Shown here: positions 1-13,234 of the stretch, piece after piece
Numbering within the stretch: the first letter of the stretch is position 1
How the letters are laid out: each line of letters starts with the position of its first letter
NCBI GenBank assembly: GCA_951406725.2
Contig: OX597823.1
Coordinates: 19,654,001-19,718,000 of the forward strand
Direction: 5' to 3'
DNA length: 64,000 bases
Source of the DNA: Octopus vulgaris
Lineage: Eukaryota
Program-made: the position numbers and the translations under genes
Notes under the pieces: model-generated
Database searches by the model: none
What the model was told of the DNA's origin: nothing
What the model saw: only the letters and a program-made list of their open reading frames with translations

Positions 1-80
1 TGGGGTCGATTTGGTCGACTAAAAGGCGGTGCTCCAGCACGGCCACAGTCAAATGACTGAAACAAGTAAAAGAGTAAAAG
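1..80 (+). mobile_element. 3' end of SINE family A
   Basis: ggcggtgctccagcacggccacagtcaaatgactgaaacaagtaaaagag matches the tail of the full copies at 52365 and 59194. Confidence 0.85.
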
Positions 81-472
81 AATATATATACATACATATA
101 CACACACACATACTGTGTGTAGACAGATACACACCAAAGCACTAATAACTTAGGCACTCGTGTATGTACGTACACATCAATCAAGTGTATAAAGTATGTA
201 TATGATGAGAGAGACAGGAGAAAGTCTGATGTGATGTAATGAGTGTGTTATGGCAGATCATATATATACGTTATAACAAAAGATGCATATATGAGAGAGA
301 GAGAGAGGTGGGGGTGATGTGTGTGACTGTCACTTAAGACGTTTACGGTATAACTTTATAACACACACACGCACAAACTTTGAGATAGTTTTGTGTGATG
401 AGCTCACAGAAAACATCAAACAAAATTGTGTGAAGCGAACACACGTGTATTCATGAAAAATGTGAGTGTGTA

Positions 473-513
<41 letters not shown>

Positions 514-572
514 AAATATACTATGATAAAATTTATTTATGAGTATCATCACCTGATAATAGTGAATAAAAT

Positions 573-611
<39 letters not shown>

Positions 612-613
612 TG

Positions 614-649
<36 letters not shown>

Positions 650-1249
650 TATACCTCAAGCATACACAAAATACACATGAAAGACTGATAGAAAGTGGTG
701 TGATGTGTTTGAAAAGACATCAGACAGTCATTAAAGTGTGTATATATATATATATATATATTTTGATATTTATCATTGTTATATATATATGCATACATAT
801 ATACACACACTCAAATATGAGATGTTCATATATAAAAAGTGAGAGGTTATAATGTGAATATCACAAAAAGGGAAGCATACACAAATAGACGCACAATACA
901 CACACACAAATACATAGGTTAATATAATATTATATATGCATACATACATACACGTATACACAGTACAAAGGGAGAGGAGTTCGCGCGTGAGTAATATAAC
1001 GGTAGCGAGGGTAAGAATTGTTTTTGTTTTTGTTTTTTTTTTAGAGTAGTTTTAACGTTGATGTCCAAATAAACTCTACATTTTTTTATTCCGCATATTT
1101 CTATTTATATTTTGAACAAAACAAAATCAGTAGTTTTCATAAGTCTTTTCTTTCTTTCTTTTTTTTTTTTTTGATCGGATATTGAGGAAGGACAACACAC
1201 CCAATACTGTAGTTGAGATATGTTTAGAATTAACAAATGTATGTATGGG

Positions 1250-1745
1250 TGTGAGAGAGAGAAGAGAGAGAGAAAGAATGAGTGTGTGAGAGAGAGAGAG
1301 AGAAAGAAAGAGTGAGTGAGTGAGAGAGAAAGAATGAGTGTGTGAGAGAGAGAGTAAGAATGAGTGTGTGAGAGAGAGAAAGAATGAGTGTGTGAGAGAG
1401 AGAAAGAATGAGTGTGAGAGAGAGAGAAAGAATGAGTGAGTGAGAGAGAGAGTAAGAATGAGTGTGTGAGAGAGAGAAAGAATGAGTGTGTGAGAGAGAG
1501 AAAGAAAGAGTGTGTGAGAGAGAGAGAAAGAATGAGTGTGAGAGAGAGAGAGAAAGAAAGAGTGTGTGAGAGAGAGTAAGAATGAGTGTGTGAGAGAGAG
1601 AAAGAAAGAATGAGTGTGTGAGAGAGAGAAAGAAAGAGTGTGTGTGAGAGAGAGAAAGAATGAGTGAGAGAGAGAGAGAGAAAGAGTGAGAAGAGAGAAA
1701 GAAAGAGTGAGTGAGAGAAAGAAAGAGTGAGTGTGAGAGAGAAAG
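1250..1745. repeat. Compound minisatellite (GA)n-AAGAATGAG-(TG)n, in the NIDO-gene intron
   Basis: Repeated gagagagaaagaatgagtgtgt units. Confidence 0.9.
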
Positions 1746-2126
1746 AGTTGTTTGTGTGTGTTGCAATACTTTCAAAAGTTTTGAAAGACAGACACCCCAT
1801 ACAGAAAAAGTGTGTGCTGTATATACTGTATGTGAGATATACATATACAGATTTAATACACTACACGTAGAGATATGCGTGTATAATAAACATACTACAT
1901 AAAATAAAGATTGATACATGTTTTAAATATAAAAAAGCAAAGGTATTACGTGAAGAGGGGGATGGAGGTGACGACGGCAAATATCGCCATTAATGACAGA
2001 ATATCAAAATATAATAAATATATTTATGGATAGATAAATGGGCAATCTTACGGTTCTGATAAATGTACCCATCTACATTAAAGAAAAAGGAATGAGTGAG
2101 TGATTTAGAGACGTTCCAATACTCAC

Positions 2127-2414
2127 GTATAAAGTTTCGTAATGGTTCTGAAAGAGAGGAAATCCATGCTGTTTTCCGTCTTTGCCAACATTGGTAATCC
2201 TAATAGCTGGCGATGAGCCATCGTCTGAAATTTCGGTGGTATTAAAACCGTAAGTTGTACTGTTGAACGGGAAGAATTCGGACAAAGGTAGAGACATACA
2301 GCCGAGTCCCTGGCTAAAAGTGAGTAGGAGAAGCACAGAGATGAGAATGGAGTTGTAGACCTGACTGAATTGTCGGAACGCTGTGGCTGTTGTCTTCAAC
2401 ACATCTGAACACAT
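2127..2414 (-). CDS. First coding exon of a secreted NIDO-domain extracellular-matrix/adhesion protein (SNED1/alpha-tectorin/MUC4/nidogen-type N-terminus); the gene continues beyond the left edge
   Basis: The ATG at 2414 is the first start after an in-frame TAG (~2455). It is followed by a signal-peptide-like stretch (SILISVLLLLTFSQGLG) and the NIDO-entry motif FFPF...DDGSSPAI...GFPLFQNHYETLY. It ends at a strong phase-0 donor TAC|GTGAGT (plus-strand actcac 2121-2126), where family members read LY|VN.NG. Confidence 0.8.
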
Positions 2415-3328
2415 TACTAAACTCCCGACTCGGCATGGAGCGGCAGTGCTCGACTAAACCACCACACACTGTAGCAGCGCAGCAACATTTACATCCTAAT
2501 GCCGGTAGTTCAAGAAGGGTCTCAGAGGAGGCAGCGATGGAACACGGCAGGGTCACCGACAAGCCCCAGGTCACCACCGTCAAAAGCCGCCGGGCACCTG
2601 GCGACGGACGTCGGTGATAACCTCCAATACTCGGGTTTATTGTTACGGTAGGTGCAACGCTTAATGATGTGGCCTTCCTGTTTGTCGAATTCTATGGGTT
2701 TGTTATGAATGTTGACAGATTCACTGACTGTCCACGAATGTAATGATAATAATAATAATAATAATATAAATAATAACGGTAACTGCAGCGATGTTGCTAC
2801 TGCTGCTGTACTAGTGGCTGTGGTGCCTTTGGTAGGATACCAAAAGACCAAACTCACTAGCAGCGAGCAACAGTCAATAAGTTTGTAAAGTTTTGCCGAA
2901 TTCACGAAGACTTCGGCATAGCTGTTACTGTGATGCTGGTTGTGGCTTGTCAGTCGTAAAGCACAGTTAGCGTAGTTATAGTCGTAGTAATGGTGGCGGT
3001 AGTAGTAGTAGTAGAAATGGTAATAAGATCCTTTGTCAAGTTTCTTCTTTTTACCGTTGTTTCGTTCGTCCTTTGCCACGAGTTCTATTTCTCTCATGTC
3101 GCTGGACTCCTATTGTTGCAGTTAGTGTTAATGTTGGTCACTAGCAGAGGGGGTTCGTTCTCAGCCAGTGGGGAAGAAGTTTGTCCTGTCCTGACAACTC
3201 GGAACGGACTGGGCCGGTGACGGCCGTCCATCAGTAAAGTAAAATAGTAGAAGTAGCTTTAGTGAATGACTGATATCTGAATATCAGAGGCTTGACTAAT
3301 GTATAGTCGAAGTAGGAGGAAGGTAGTT
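2415..3328 (-). other. Putative 5' UTR part of the NIDO-gene exon
   Basis: An island of complex, GC-richer, non-repeat sequence. A candidate acceptor cctcctctgccctctactgcAG (AG = plus ct 3329-3330) is preceded by a long polypyrimidine tract on the minus strand. Confidence 0.4.
2522..3097 (-). CDS. 191-aa upstream ORF with a hydrophobic segment and a KR site; function unknown
   Basis: True ATG with purine at -3 (gacATGa), preceded by an in-frame stop. It ends 107 nt before the NIDO ATG, in a different frame. Parts derive from (TAC)n and (TTA)n repeats. Confidence 0.3.
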   Translation of the reverse strand: MREIELVAKDERNNGKKKKLDKGSYYHFYYYYYRHHYYDYNYANCALRLTSHNQHHSNSYAEVFVNSAKLYKLIDCCSLLVSLVFWYPTKGTTATSTAAVATSLQLPLLFILLLLLLSLHSWTVSESVNIHNKPIEFDKQEGHIIKRCTYRNNKPEYWRLSPTSVARCPAAFDGGDLGLVGDPAVFHRCLL

Positions 3329-4094
3329 CTGCAGTAGAGGGCAGAGGAGGAATATACGTGTGATCGAGAGAGAGAGAGAGAGAGTGAGAATGAGATAGGA
3401 ACGGGAAGAGGGGAAGATTGAGTGGGAGAAAGACAGGGTTGAAGAAGGAGGGAGAGTGCGAGGGAAAGTAATTAGAACAGAGAGGGAGAAATATAATTGA
3501 GTGAGAGAAAAGGAAGTGTGGAAGACGAAGGGAAAGATGGAGAGAAGGAAAGAAAGTGTGAGCGAGCGAGTGAGGCTGAACGAAAGACGGAAATGTACTT
3601 GTGTGAGAAAGAGAGCGAATGATAGACAGAGAAAGTAAAGTTTGATAAAAGAAAGAAAACGTGAGAAAAAAATAAAACCCCAGGAATACAAATACAAAAG
3701 CGAAAGAGAAAAAGTGACAGAAAGTAATTGAAGAAAGAGAGGGTAAAGGGAATAAAAGAATGAAAAGTTTGTGAAATAGCAGAGAGAAAGAGTAAGAGAG
3801 AGAGAGAGAGAGACAGACAGAACGTGTGAAAAAGAGGGAAAATATTTGAGGTGAAAGTTTTCAAAGAAACTTACTGTGTAAAAATACATAGTGAGGAAAG
3901 GAATACACGCACACACACACGTACATGTATGTAGTATGTATGTATGTATGTATGTATGTATGAATGTATGTATGTATGTATGTATGTATATATATACACG
4001 CACGCTCACATGTACATGTAAATATGTATGTGTGTATATATATAAGCAATGTTTGCTGAACCCTAATTATAATTATGCTTATAATTATAGAATT

Positions 4095-4125
<31 letters not shown>

Positions 4126-4154
4126 ATATGTATGTATGTAAGTATATATATATT

Positions 4155-4204
<50 letters not shown>

Positions 4205-4332
4205 CACACACACACATATATATATACACATACATATTTAATTATATATGTCTATATGTATGTATATGTATGTACATGTGTGTATGTTTATATAGTTATA
4301 TAAGTGTGGATACATGTATATATTAATGCACA

Positions 4333-4366
<34 letters not shown>

Positions 4367-4699
4367 TACCTGGTTATGTGTGTATGTATAAATGCAATGT
4401 CTATGTGAATGGAAGCATCTATCTAGATATGTGTGTGTTGTGTCCAACTGTGAGTTTCTGCTTAAAAAATATCGGAAAAAAATCTTCAGATGAGTGGATG
4501 TATTTGAACACGCATACACACATATGCATAGAGACACATAGACATACATACACTTACACATACATGCATACATACACTTACACATATACACACACATGCA
4601 CACACTTATACATACACTTACACACTCATACACGCATACACATAGACATCGGCACAAACATACCTACGACAGAGAGAAAGCGACAGAGAGAGAGAGAGA

Positions 4700-4742
4700 C
4701 AGACAGATATATAGGTAGATAGAGATACAAACAGAGAGATAA

Positions 4743-4796
<54 letters not shown>

Positions 4797-4936
4797 GAGT
4801 AGATAAATAGATAGACAGACAGGCAGATAGATAGATAGATAGATAGACAGATAGATAGATGAGTAGATAAATAGATAGACAGACAGGCAGATAGATAGAT
4901 GGATAGATAGCTGAGACAGACAGATAGAGAGATAGG

Positions 4937-4988
<52 letters not shown>

Positions 4989-4989
4989 C

Positions 4990-5065
<76 letters not shown>
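4700..5065. repeat. (TAGA)n microsatellite
   Basis: Direct inspection. Confidence 0.95.
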
Positions 5066-5066
<1 letters not shown>

Positions 5067-5488
5067 CTGTGGGTGGGGGAGAAAGCGGAAGAGTGAAAGA
5101 AAACAGAGAGAAGAAACAATGGAAAGGCGTTATGAATCGCTAGAGACGCGTGTAACATGTGAGAGAGAAGAATAGTGATAAAGTACAGAGGTTGAAGTTG
5201 AGAAAGAACAAGTTGATAGACAGTTGTCAGTGATAGCGGGGGGGGGGCTATCTGTGGAATGGAAAGAGGGGAGAGAGGCGAGATATTTATTAGATAGTGT
5301 ATATTGGAGATATATATATATAGCGAGGCAGAGACAATGCAGTAAAAGGTAAATGGACAAGGAGAGAAAGATATAAAATATAATTATGTGAGAAAAAAAA
5401 GAGATATAGTTTAGAAAGATACTGAAATAATAATTGTGAGATTTTTGTTAAGTGGAAAAGAGCAATAAACGATAGACTTTTCAGATAA

Positions 5489-5554
<66 letters not shown>

Positions 5555-5696
5555 AAAGATAGGGGATGAGAGAACGGGAGATATGGATTAAGAATAAACA
5601 GAAAGAGAATGAAAGTGTAATGTGCGGTTTTGTGTGTGTGTGTGTGAGTGTGCGTGTGCGTGTGTGTGTACATATGTGTGTATATATACATATGTA

Positions 5697-5747
<51 letters not shown>

Positions 5748-5846
5748 GTCTAATTTAATATAATATAATATAATATATATTTATACTACAAAATTGGATT
5801 TAATCCTAAATCTGATTCTTCCCTGTAAGTTTGGATTTATTCCCTA

Positions 5847-5904
<58 letters not shown>

Positions 5905-5984
5905 TATAAACAAACATACATAAACATATACACATAGATATATTGCTACACACATATAGACACATATGCATATATATGGGTGTT

Positions 5985-6023
<39 letters not shown>

Positions 6024-6139
6024 ACTTAAGAAATATATATATATATATATACTGGAAGAATATATATATTGGTATACTTAAGGCTATATGAATTTGCATA
6101 CCTATATATTGTATATTATGTATCTATACATAGTCATAC

Positions 6140-6378
6140 CTACCAACCAACCAACCTACCGACCTACCTACATACACACATACATACATACATACATACA
6201 TACATACATACATACATACAAACAAACAAACTTACCTACATACATGCATACATACATATACATACATACATACATACATACATACATACATACATACATA
6301 CATACATACACACACGCATACATACATACAAACAAACTTACCTACATACATACATACATATATACATACACACATACA

Positions 6379-6412
<34 letters not shown>

Positions 6413-6656
6413 CACACACGCATACATACATACATATACATACATACAAACAAACGTACGTACATACATGCATACATACATACATACACACACACATACA
6501 TACATACATACATACAAACTTACCTACATACATACATACATACATACATACATGCATACATTCACACATACATACACACACATACATATATACATACATA
6601 CATACATACATACATACATACATACATACATACATACATACATACACATACATACA

Positions 6657-6688
<32 letters not shown>

Positions 6689-7391
6689 CATACATACATA
6701 CATACATACATACACACATACATGCATACATACATATACATACATACAAACAAACGTACCTACATACATACATACATCATACATACATACATACATACAT
6801 ACATACATACATACATACATACATACATACATACATACATACATACATACATACATACATACATACAGGTATACATACATACATACATACATACATACAT
6901 ACATACATACATACATACATACATACATACATACATACATACATACATACATACATACATACATACATACATACATACATACATACATACATACATACAT
7001 ACATACATACATACATACATACATACATACATACATACATACATACATACATACATACATACATACATACATACATACATACATACATACATACATACAT
7101 ACATACATACATACATACATACATACATACATACATACATACATACATACATACATACATACATACATACATACATACATACATACATACATACATACAT
7201 ACATACATACATACAGGTATACATACATACATACATACATACATACATACATACATACATACATACATACCATACATACATACATACATACATACATACA
7301 TACATACATACATACATACCATACATACATACATACATACCATACATACATACATACATACATACATACATACATACATACATACATACAT
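6140..7391. repeat. ~1.25 kb (TACA)n microsatellite
   Basis: Direct inspection; explains the IHTY/MYVC pseudo-ORFs. Confidence 0.95.
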
Positions 7392-7818
7392 AAGAGTGAT
7401 CATGTATGCAAATTCGAGAGGGCGCGAGAAAAAAAAAACAGAGAAAAAAGGGGAAAAAAAAGAAGATTCTTCAAAAGGGAGTTAGAGGTAAGCTATATAA
7501 AGCTCAAATAAATACAACAACAGTAAAAAAAACATATCTCAAATATATATTTATAATATTAAATAGCGAAAGCATATTTCTGCAAGAGTAAGGAATCGGA
7601 AACGCGTTATGAGGGAGGGTGAGTGGGGACTATATAGAGAGAAGGAGTTCGTTGAGAAGGGCGGGGAAAAAATGCATGAGGGAGAATTTATGTGGGTAGC
7701 TTATTATGTGAGATGGGCCTCAGTTCTGGCGCTAAAACCCGTAGTCATTTGCACACTCATAAAGCAATATATATATAACACGTATAGTTACACACACATG
7801 TATGATGAAGCTCTAAAT

Positions 7819-7849
<31 letters not shown>

Positions 7850-7898
7850 TTTATATTTACATATATAATACAATACTTTATATACATACATAATATAC

Positions 7899-7968
<70 letters not shown>

Positions 7969-7972
<4 letters not shown>

Positions 7973-8138
7973 GGTCCCGGGTTGAGTCGGGGTTAACCAC
8001 AGTAAATAAGGTACTCAATACATAGAGTAAATTAATTTATTTTATAGAAGGAGCTTCTATAGGACTAGAACAGGACTAGGACAGGAGCTTCCTGATGATT
8101 TCTTTTGAATGAAACAGTTCTAGTCCTGTAGAAGCTCC

Positions 8139-8142
<4 letters not shown>
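7969..8142. mobile_element. Penelope-like element terminal-repeat fragment (inverted configuration) inside (TA)n
   Basis: 8043-8071 is an inverted copy of 8117-8145. The region contains a hammerhead motif and is flanked by (TA)n on both sides. Confidence 0.6.
8084..8138 (+). ncRNA. Type I hammerhead ribozyme motif
   Basis: Stem I ggagcttc/gaagctcc; CUGAUGA (8092-8098); stem II ttc/gaa; GAAA (8111-8114); stem III Acag/ctgU; cleavage triplet GUA after 8130. Confidence 0.75.
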
Positions 8143-8196
<54 letters not shown>

Positions 8197-8204
8197 CATA
8201 ATAT

Positions 8205-8414
8205 ACTCTTTTACTTGTTTCAGTCATTTGACTGCGGCCATGCTGGAGTACCGCCTTTAATCGATGAACTCGACCCGGGGACTTATTCTTTTGTAAGCCC
8301 AGTACTTATTCTATCGGTCTCTTTTTGCCGAACCGCTAAGTAACGGGGACATAAACACACCAGCATCGGTTGTCAAGCGATGTTGGGGAGACAAACACAG
8401 ACACAAAAACACGC

Positions 8415-8457
<43 letters not shown>

Positions 8458-8601
8458 TACGACGGGCTTCTTTCAGTTTCCGTCTACCAAATCCACTCAC
8501 AAAGCTTTGGTCGGCCCGAGGCTATAGTAGAAGACACTTGCCCAAGGTGCCACGCAGTGGGACTGAACTCGGAACCATGTGGTTGGTAAGCAAGCTACTT
8601 A
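8205..8601 (-). mobile_element. SINE family A (tRNA-derived head, internal (TA)n)
   Basis: Near-identical to copies at 29788, 35634, 38611, 52365 and 59194; A/B-box-like head. Confidence 0.9.
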
Positions 8602-8623
8602 TACATAATAAATATAAAATAAA

Positions 8624-8656
<33 letters not shown>

Positions 8657-8657
<1 letters not shown>

Positions 8658-8970
8658 GTGCAATGGCCCAGTGGTTAGGACAGCGGACTCGTGGTCGTAG
8701 GAACGCGGGTTCGATTCCCAGAGCGAAAACACCTAAAACTCCGCGAGGCTCCGGCAGGAGGTAGTGACGAACCCTGCTGCACTCTTTCACCACGGTTTTC
8801 TCTCTTTCTTCTTGTTTCTCTTGTTCCTGTATTGTCACATTCTGTGTGACGCTGATTCTCCCCGAGAACGTGTCTGTGGAGGGCTCAGCCACTTGCACGT
8901 TAATTTCACGAGCAGGCTGTTCCGTCGATCGGATCAACTTGAACCCTCGTCATCATAACCGACGGAGTGC
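8657..8970 (+). mobile_element. tRNA-derived SINE, head H1 + tail T1
   Basis: tggcccagtggttagg...ggttcgattcc (A/B boxes); matches 20695-21064. Confidence 0.85.
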
Positions 8971-9022
8971 CACTCCGTCGGTTATGATGACGAGGGTTCA
9001 AGTTGATATATATATATATATA

Positions 9023-9615
9023 TTAGCACTATGACCCGGCAACGCCGGGTCATAGTGCTAGTGCATGCATATACAGCTGCGTGCGTGCGCACATACACGC
9101 GAGTACTGTCCAAATATCCGACCAATCACATACTCTTTCTTTACTACCCACAAGGGGCTAAACACAGAGGGGACAAACGGATTAAGTCGATTATATCGAC
9201 TCCAGTGCGTAACTGGTACTTATTTAATTGACCCCGAAAGGATGAAAGGCAAAGTTGATCTCGGCGGAATTTGAACTCAGAACGTAACCGCAGGCGAAAT
9301 ACTGCTAAGTATTTTGCCCGGCGTGCTAACGATTCTACCAGCTCGCCGACCAGTCACATACAGCTAGCTGGCATTCAATTGGCGTATCAAATTTCGGGCA
9401 TTTTGATTGGGTTTTGGATAGAAAATTCACAAAAAAGTCACTTCTATTGATTTTTTAATGGCTTTGCGGGGTGACTGGGGAAATGTAAAGATGTGCACGA
9501 CCACCCTTGGACGGTTTTGAATGACCATAGAAAGTGCAAGCACTATAACTGAAAAATTGTGGATTTGTATAAAGTATACACACACACACGCAGACATTTT
9601 GCCGTTTATATATAT
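9023..9615 (-). mobile_element. Non-autonomous Helitron with a nested SINE B
   Basis: GC-rich subterminal hairpin cccggcaacgccggg at the left end; the right end resembles the Helitrons at 11734, 18319 and 50595. The SINE at 9134-9347 has TSD gacca(a/g)tcacatac. Confidence 0.6.
9134..9347 (-). mobile_element. SINE family B
   Basis: ggcgagctgg...gactttgcctttcatcctttcggggtc core; 14-bp TSD. Confidence 0.9.
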
Positions 9616-10142
9616 ATATATATATATAATGTTTATTATGTACGTCTATTATATGTATATGAAATGCAGCCGGGGCCGACCTTGCTTTTATCCTTTCGGG
9701 GTTGATAAAATAAAGTACCACTTGAATATTGGCATCGATGAAACCGACTTACTCCTCCCTCAAAATTGCTGGCCTTGTGCCAAAATAAGCAAGGATTATT
9801 TGTGTGTGTGTGTGTATGTGTATGTATACGTATACATCTGTATGCATGCACACACAAAAGTGTGCTAAAAGAAAGAAAAAAAACACTGTGACCAGAGGCA
9901 TGAATTTGAATAACAAAGACTAAATACCGTCCAAAAATTCACAATTCATTGAAAATATCTTTGCTTGCAAAGAAGGTACACAAACGCCTAAAGGCAATGA
10001 CTACTGACGCCAGATGAGAAGGGGAGATAATCTCAAGAATCAAGAATTTATTAAGAATTGACATGCCATTGAAAGTTTTTTTTTTTTTTTTTCTAGAGAC
10101 AAGAAACCAATTGCAGACATACATACTGTAGTTAAGAAAGCT

Positions 10143-10364
10143 CCCTTTCGTTACCAACCCGGCTGAAACCGGCTCTGACTCTGAGTACAAATGTCTTATT
10201 TTCATAAGTTTTTCAATTAAAATCTTCCACCAAACCTCAGTCACAATTTATGTTCCTAACACTAGCTGAATGATAACTAAGTTATTTTAATAAATTCTTT
10301 GTTATATTTAAAATTAATTCAAAGAAACACAGAGCATCTCAAAATAAATACAGTAACGAAAGGG
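10143..10364. mobile_element. piggyBac-type MITE
   Basis: TIRs ccctttcgttac/gtaacgaaaggg with TTAA on the right. Decayed relatives lie at ~20500, ~50420 and ~60180. Confidence 0.7.
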
Positions 10365-10717
10365 TTAATTATGAGCATATAGCTTTTACTAAAAGAAAGC
10401 AATTATTAAAGTGTACAATGTCTAGAAAATTCGTAAAAATCCGATTTTAATATATATATATGTAATATATATATATTATATATATTTTTTATTTTTCTAA
10501 TTGTTAGTCAGTTGATTGTGGCCTTGCTGGAGTACTGCCTTTTATCTGTTTCAGTCATTAGTTTGCGGCAATGTTTAGTCGAATGAATTGACCCCAGTTC
10601 TTATTTCTTTTAAAGCCTCGTACTTATTCTATCGGTCTCATTTGGCCGACCCGCAAATTCACGAGGACATAAACAAACCAACACTGGTTGTCAAGCAGTG
10701 GTGGGGAACAAACACAG

Positions 10718-10781
<64 letters not shown>

Positions 10782-10916
10782 TCTATGTATGTATGTATAC
10801 GACGAGCTTTTTTCAGTTTCCGTCTAACAAATCCACTCACAAGGCTTTGGTCGATACCATGTGACTCTTTTACCACAGAGCCACGCTTGCGCCTATATAT
10901 ATTCTCTCTTTCTCTG

Positions 10917-10949
<33 letters not shown>

Positions 10950-10977
10950 ACACACACGCACACATACATACATACAT

Positions 10978-11043
<66 letters not shown>

Positions 11044-11103
11044 GAGTGAGAGAGTGAGAGATAGACAGATATACATACATACATACATACATACATACAT
11101 ACA

Positions 11104-11136
<33 letters not shown>

Positions 11137-11733
11137 CATACTATGTTACTATATTATATTATAATGCAGCACGGAATTTTGTCGGTGATCAGGTCGTGGT
11201 CTCAAAGCGACGAAAATATTTTGAAAAATTAAATTTAAAGGTTGAAGTGAATTCCACGCTGCAATTGTTTTTTGTTTCAGAACACGATCTCAGATCAGGT
11301 CACTTGCTAAGCAAGTACATCTCCTATATTATATTATATCATCATCATCGTTTAACGTCCGTTCTCCATGCTAGCATGGGTTGGACGGTTATATATATAT
11401 CGGAATTTGGTTTTCACGCGTCTTTGATCATTGAAGATTTCAACAGCATGATTCAATCAGAAAACTAATTTGAATTCTCTAAAGAATGGTTAGCAGATTG
11501 TTCACGTCTTAGCCCCTTCTATTTTTGTCTCTCTTGTTTCTCTCCCTCTCTTGCTTTCTGTCTGTCTGTCTGTCTGTCTATCTGTCTCTTTCTCTCTTCC
11601 TCTCACCTTCGATCTCAATCTTCTGAGATCTCCTGTATTCGATTGATTTAATTAAAACGGAGTGATTGCAAACTATTTCTTTGAGGTACTTCGAGAATAT
11701 TATTGAAAAGTTTTACATTATATTTATTTATTA

Positions 11734-12120
11734 CTATCAGTATCGCCTGGTGTTGCTCGGGTTTGTAAGGGAAATAACTATATAAGCATTTTTAGAGAGT
11801 TATAGCCAAAAAATAGCAAAAAAATGCATTAAAAATGGAAAAAAAATGATGGTAATTTTTTTTTAAATCGTTGACTTATCGTAGACATTTTTAGAGAGTT
11901 ACTTCCCTTATGTAATAGCGAAAAAATGCATTAAAATGGGAAAAAAATTATGGTAATTTTTTTTTTAAATCGTAGACGCGCGCTAATACCCAGAAGGGCT
12001 CGATATGAATCACGACTATAAGATACCCGGTTTTGGTTAAACTGCACCGCAAAATGTGGGAGTAGTTAGGAATCTAAATCGTAGGAGACAGACACACAAC
12101 TTCACTTTTATATATAAAGA
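11734..12120 (-). mobile_element. Non-autonomous Helitron
   Basis: The minus strand starts A|TC and ends in a hairpin plus a decayed CTAG|T; homologous to 18319-18834. Confidence 0.75.
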
Positions 12121-13234
12121 TTATTATAACAAAATTAATTGGAGGTTTACATTTCGAATTTCATTCTGGGATACACAAATATGTCAACTATAGTCCATTC
12201 AATAATGAAAGCCTTCGGTCATTTTCTGCGCCTACGTTGACACCGCGTTTATCATTAGACAATATACTGGTTCGGTTTAACATACGAACGGAAACATCGC
12301 TTTCTGAGCGGTTTTCTTCCAGAATGTGTTTGTGTGTGCGTATGTGTAGATAAAAAAATAGTCACTTTCTGATCTCAATGACCAACAATGTAGTTGTTAT
12401 AGCACCAGATATCTTGTAAATCCCTTGTAATTTACCAACCTGTTTATCTTTGATAATTTCTACAAAAACCATTTTGTTTTCCCTCACACCAAACAAAACC
12501 TTCGACCGTGTCTAGCGTAAAAAGTAATTTATCTAAAAGTTTTCGATAACACTAATAACACTGAGTGACAAAAAGAAAAAAAAGCTTCTTTAGCAAGAGA
12601 TAACTGAAGTTTCATGAGTTGATTTTAGGGCGCTCTTTCTGAATATGAAGTCAGTTTTGCTTCACCACATCTAGATTTTGATCTACAAGGTACTCCCTCT
12701 ATACCAAATTCACAGAAATCTAATGTAGCGTGCAGTACGTCAAGTCTTCTTAATTGTCTTTTAAGAATGCTCTGATTGTTCTTTTTGTGATAACCTTTAT
12801 TGAGAGAGCTGTAAAAGTAGATATAACACACAGTAGATCATATCTAGTTAAGAATATTTTGATTTAAAAACTTGTTTCGGATGCTATTGTAACTTGTTGT
12901 ATCAAATTGTAATTGTTCTGTTCACTGTGGACTGCTGTTTTAGTATTTTTTTATTTTTATTTCTCCACTTCATCTTGCTTCAATTTGCATGGCTTCAATA
13001 CGTGTATGTCGCAATAACCCAGATCACTTTTGCTATATCTGCGGGGAATATGCATTTAATGACTGTTGGAGTAACATCACACCACTCATGTAAGCAAGAT
13101 ACAAAGACACAAAGGAATCTTAGAGACAAACATAAATGCTTTGCTCCACATACCATGCAAAGTTTACAGAGACCAGCTTTCCTTGTGGTCCAGTAACAAG
13201 CTGAAGTAAATGCTATTTTTTTATATTTCTTTTT

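Noticed and set aside
2314-2583. Cys-rich 89-aa ORF bridging the uORF and the NIDO ORF
   Set aside because: It has a non-ATG start, and joining all three frames would need two frameshifts; there is no supporting motif.
6069-7511. 480-aa and 465-aa ORFs (IHTY repeats) and similar YI/CV/SL/FL ORFs throughout the window
   Set aside because: These are stop-free translations of (TACA)n, (TA)n, (CA)n, (TAGA)n and (TTTC)n microsatellites.
8657-8720. tRNA-gene-like sequences (also at 53051, 56092 and 21064)
   Set aside because: These are SINE heads that continue into SINE bodies; there is no complete cloverleaf or acceptor stem.
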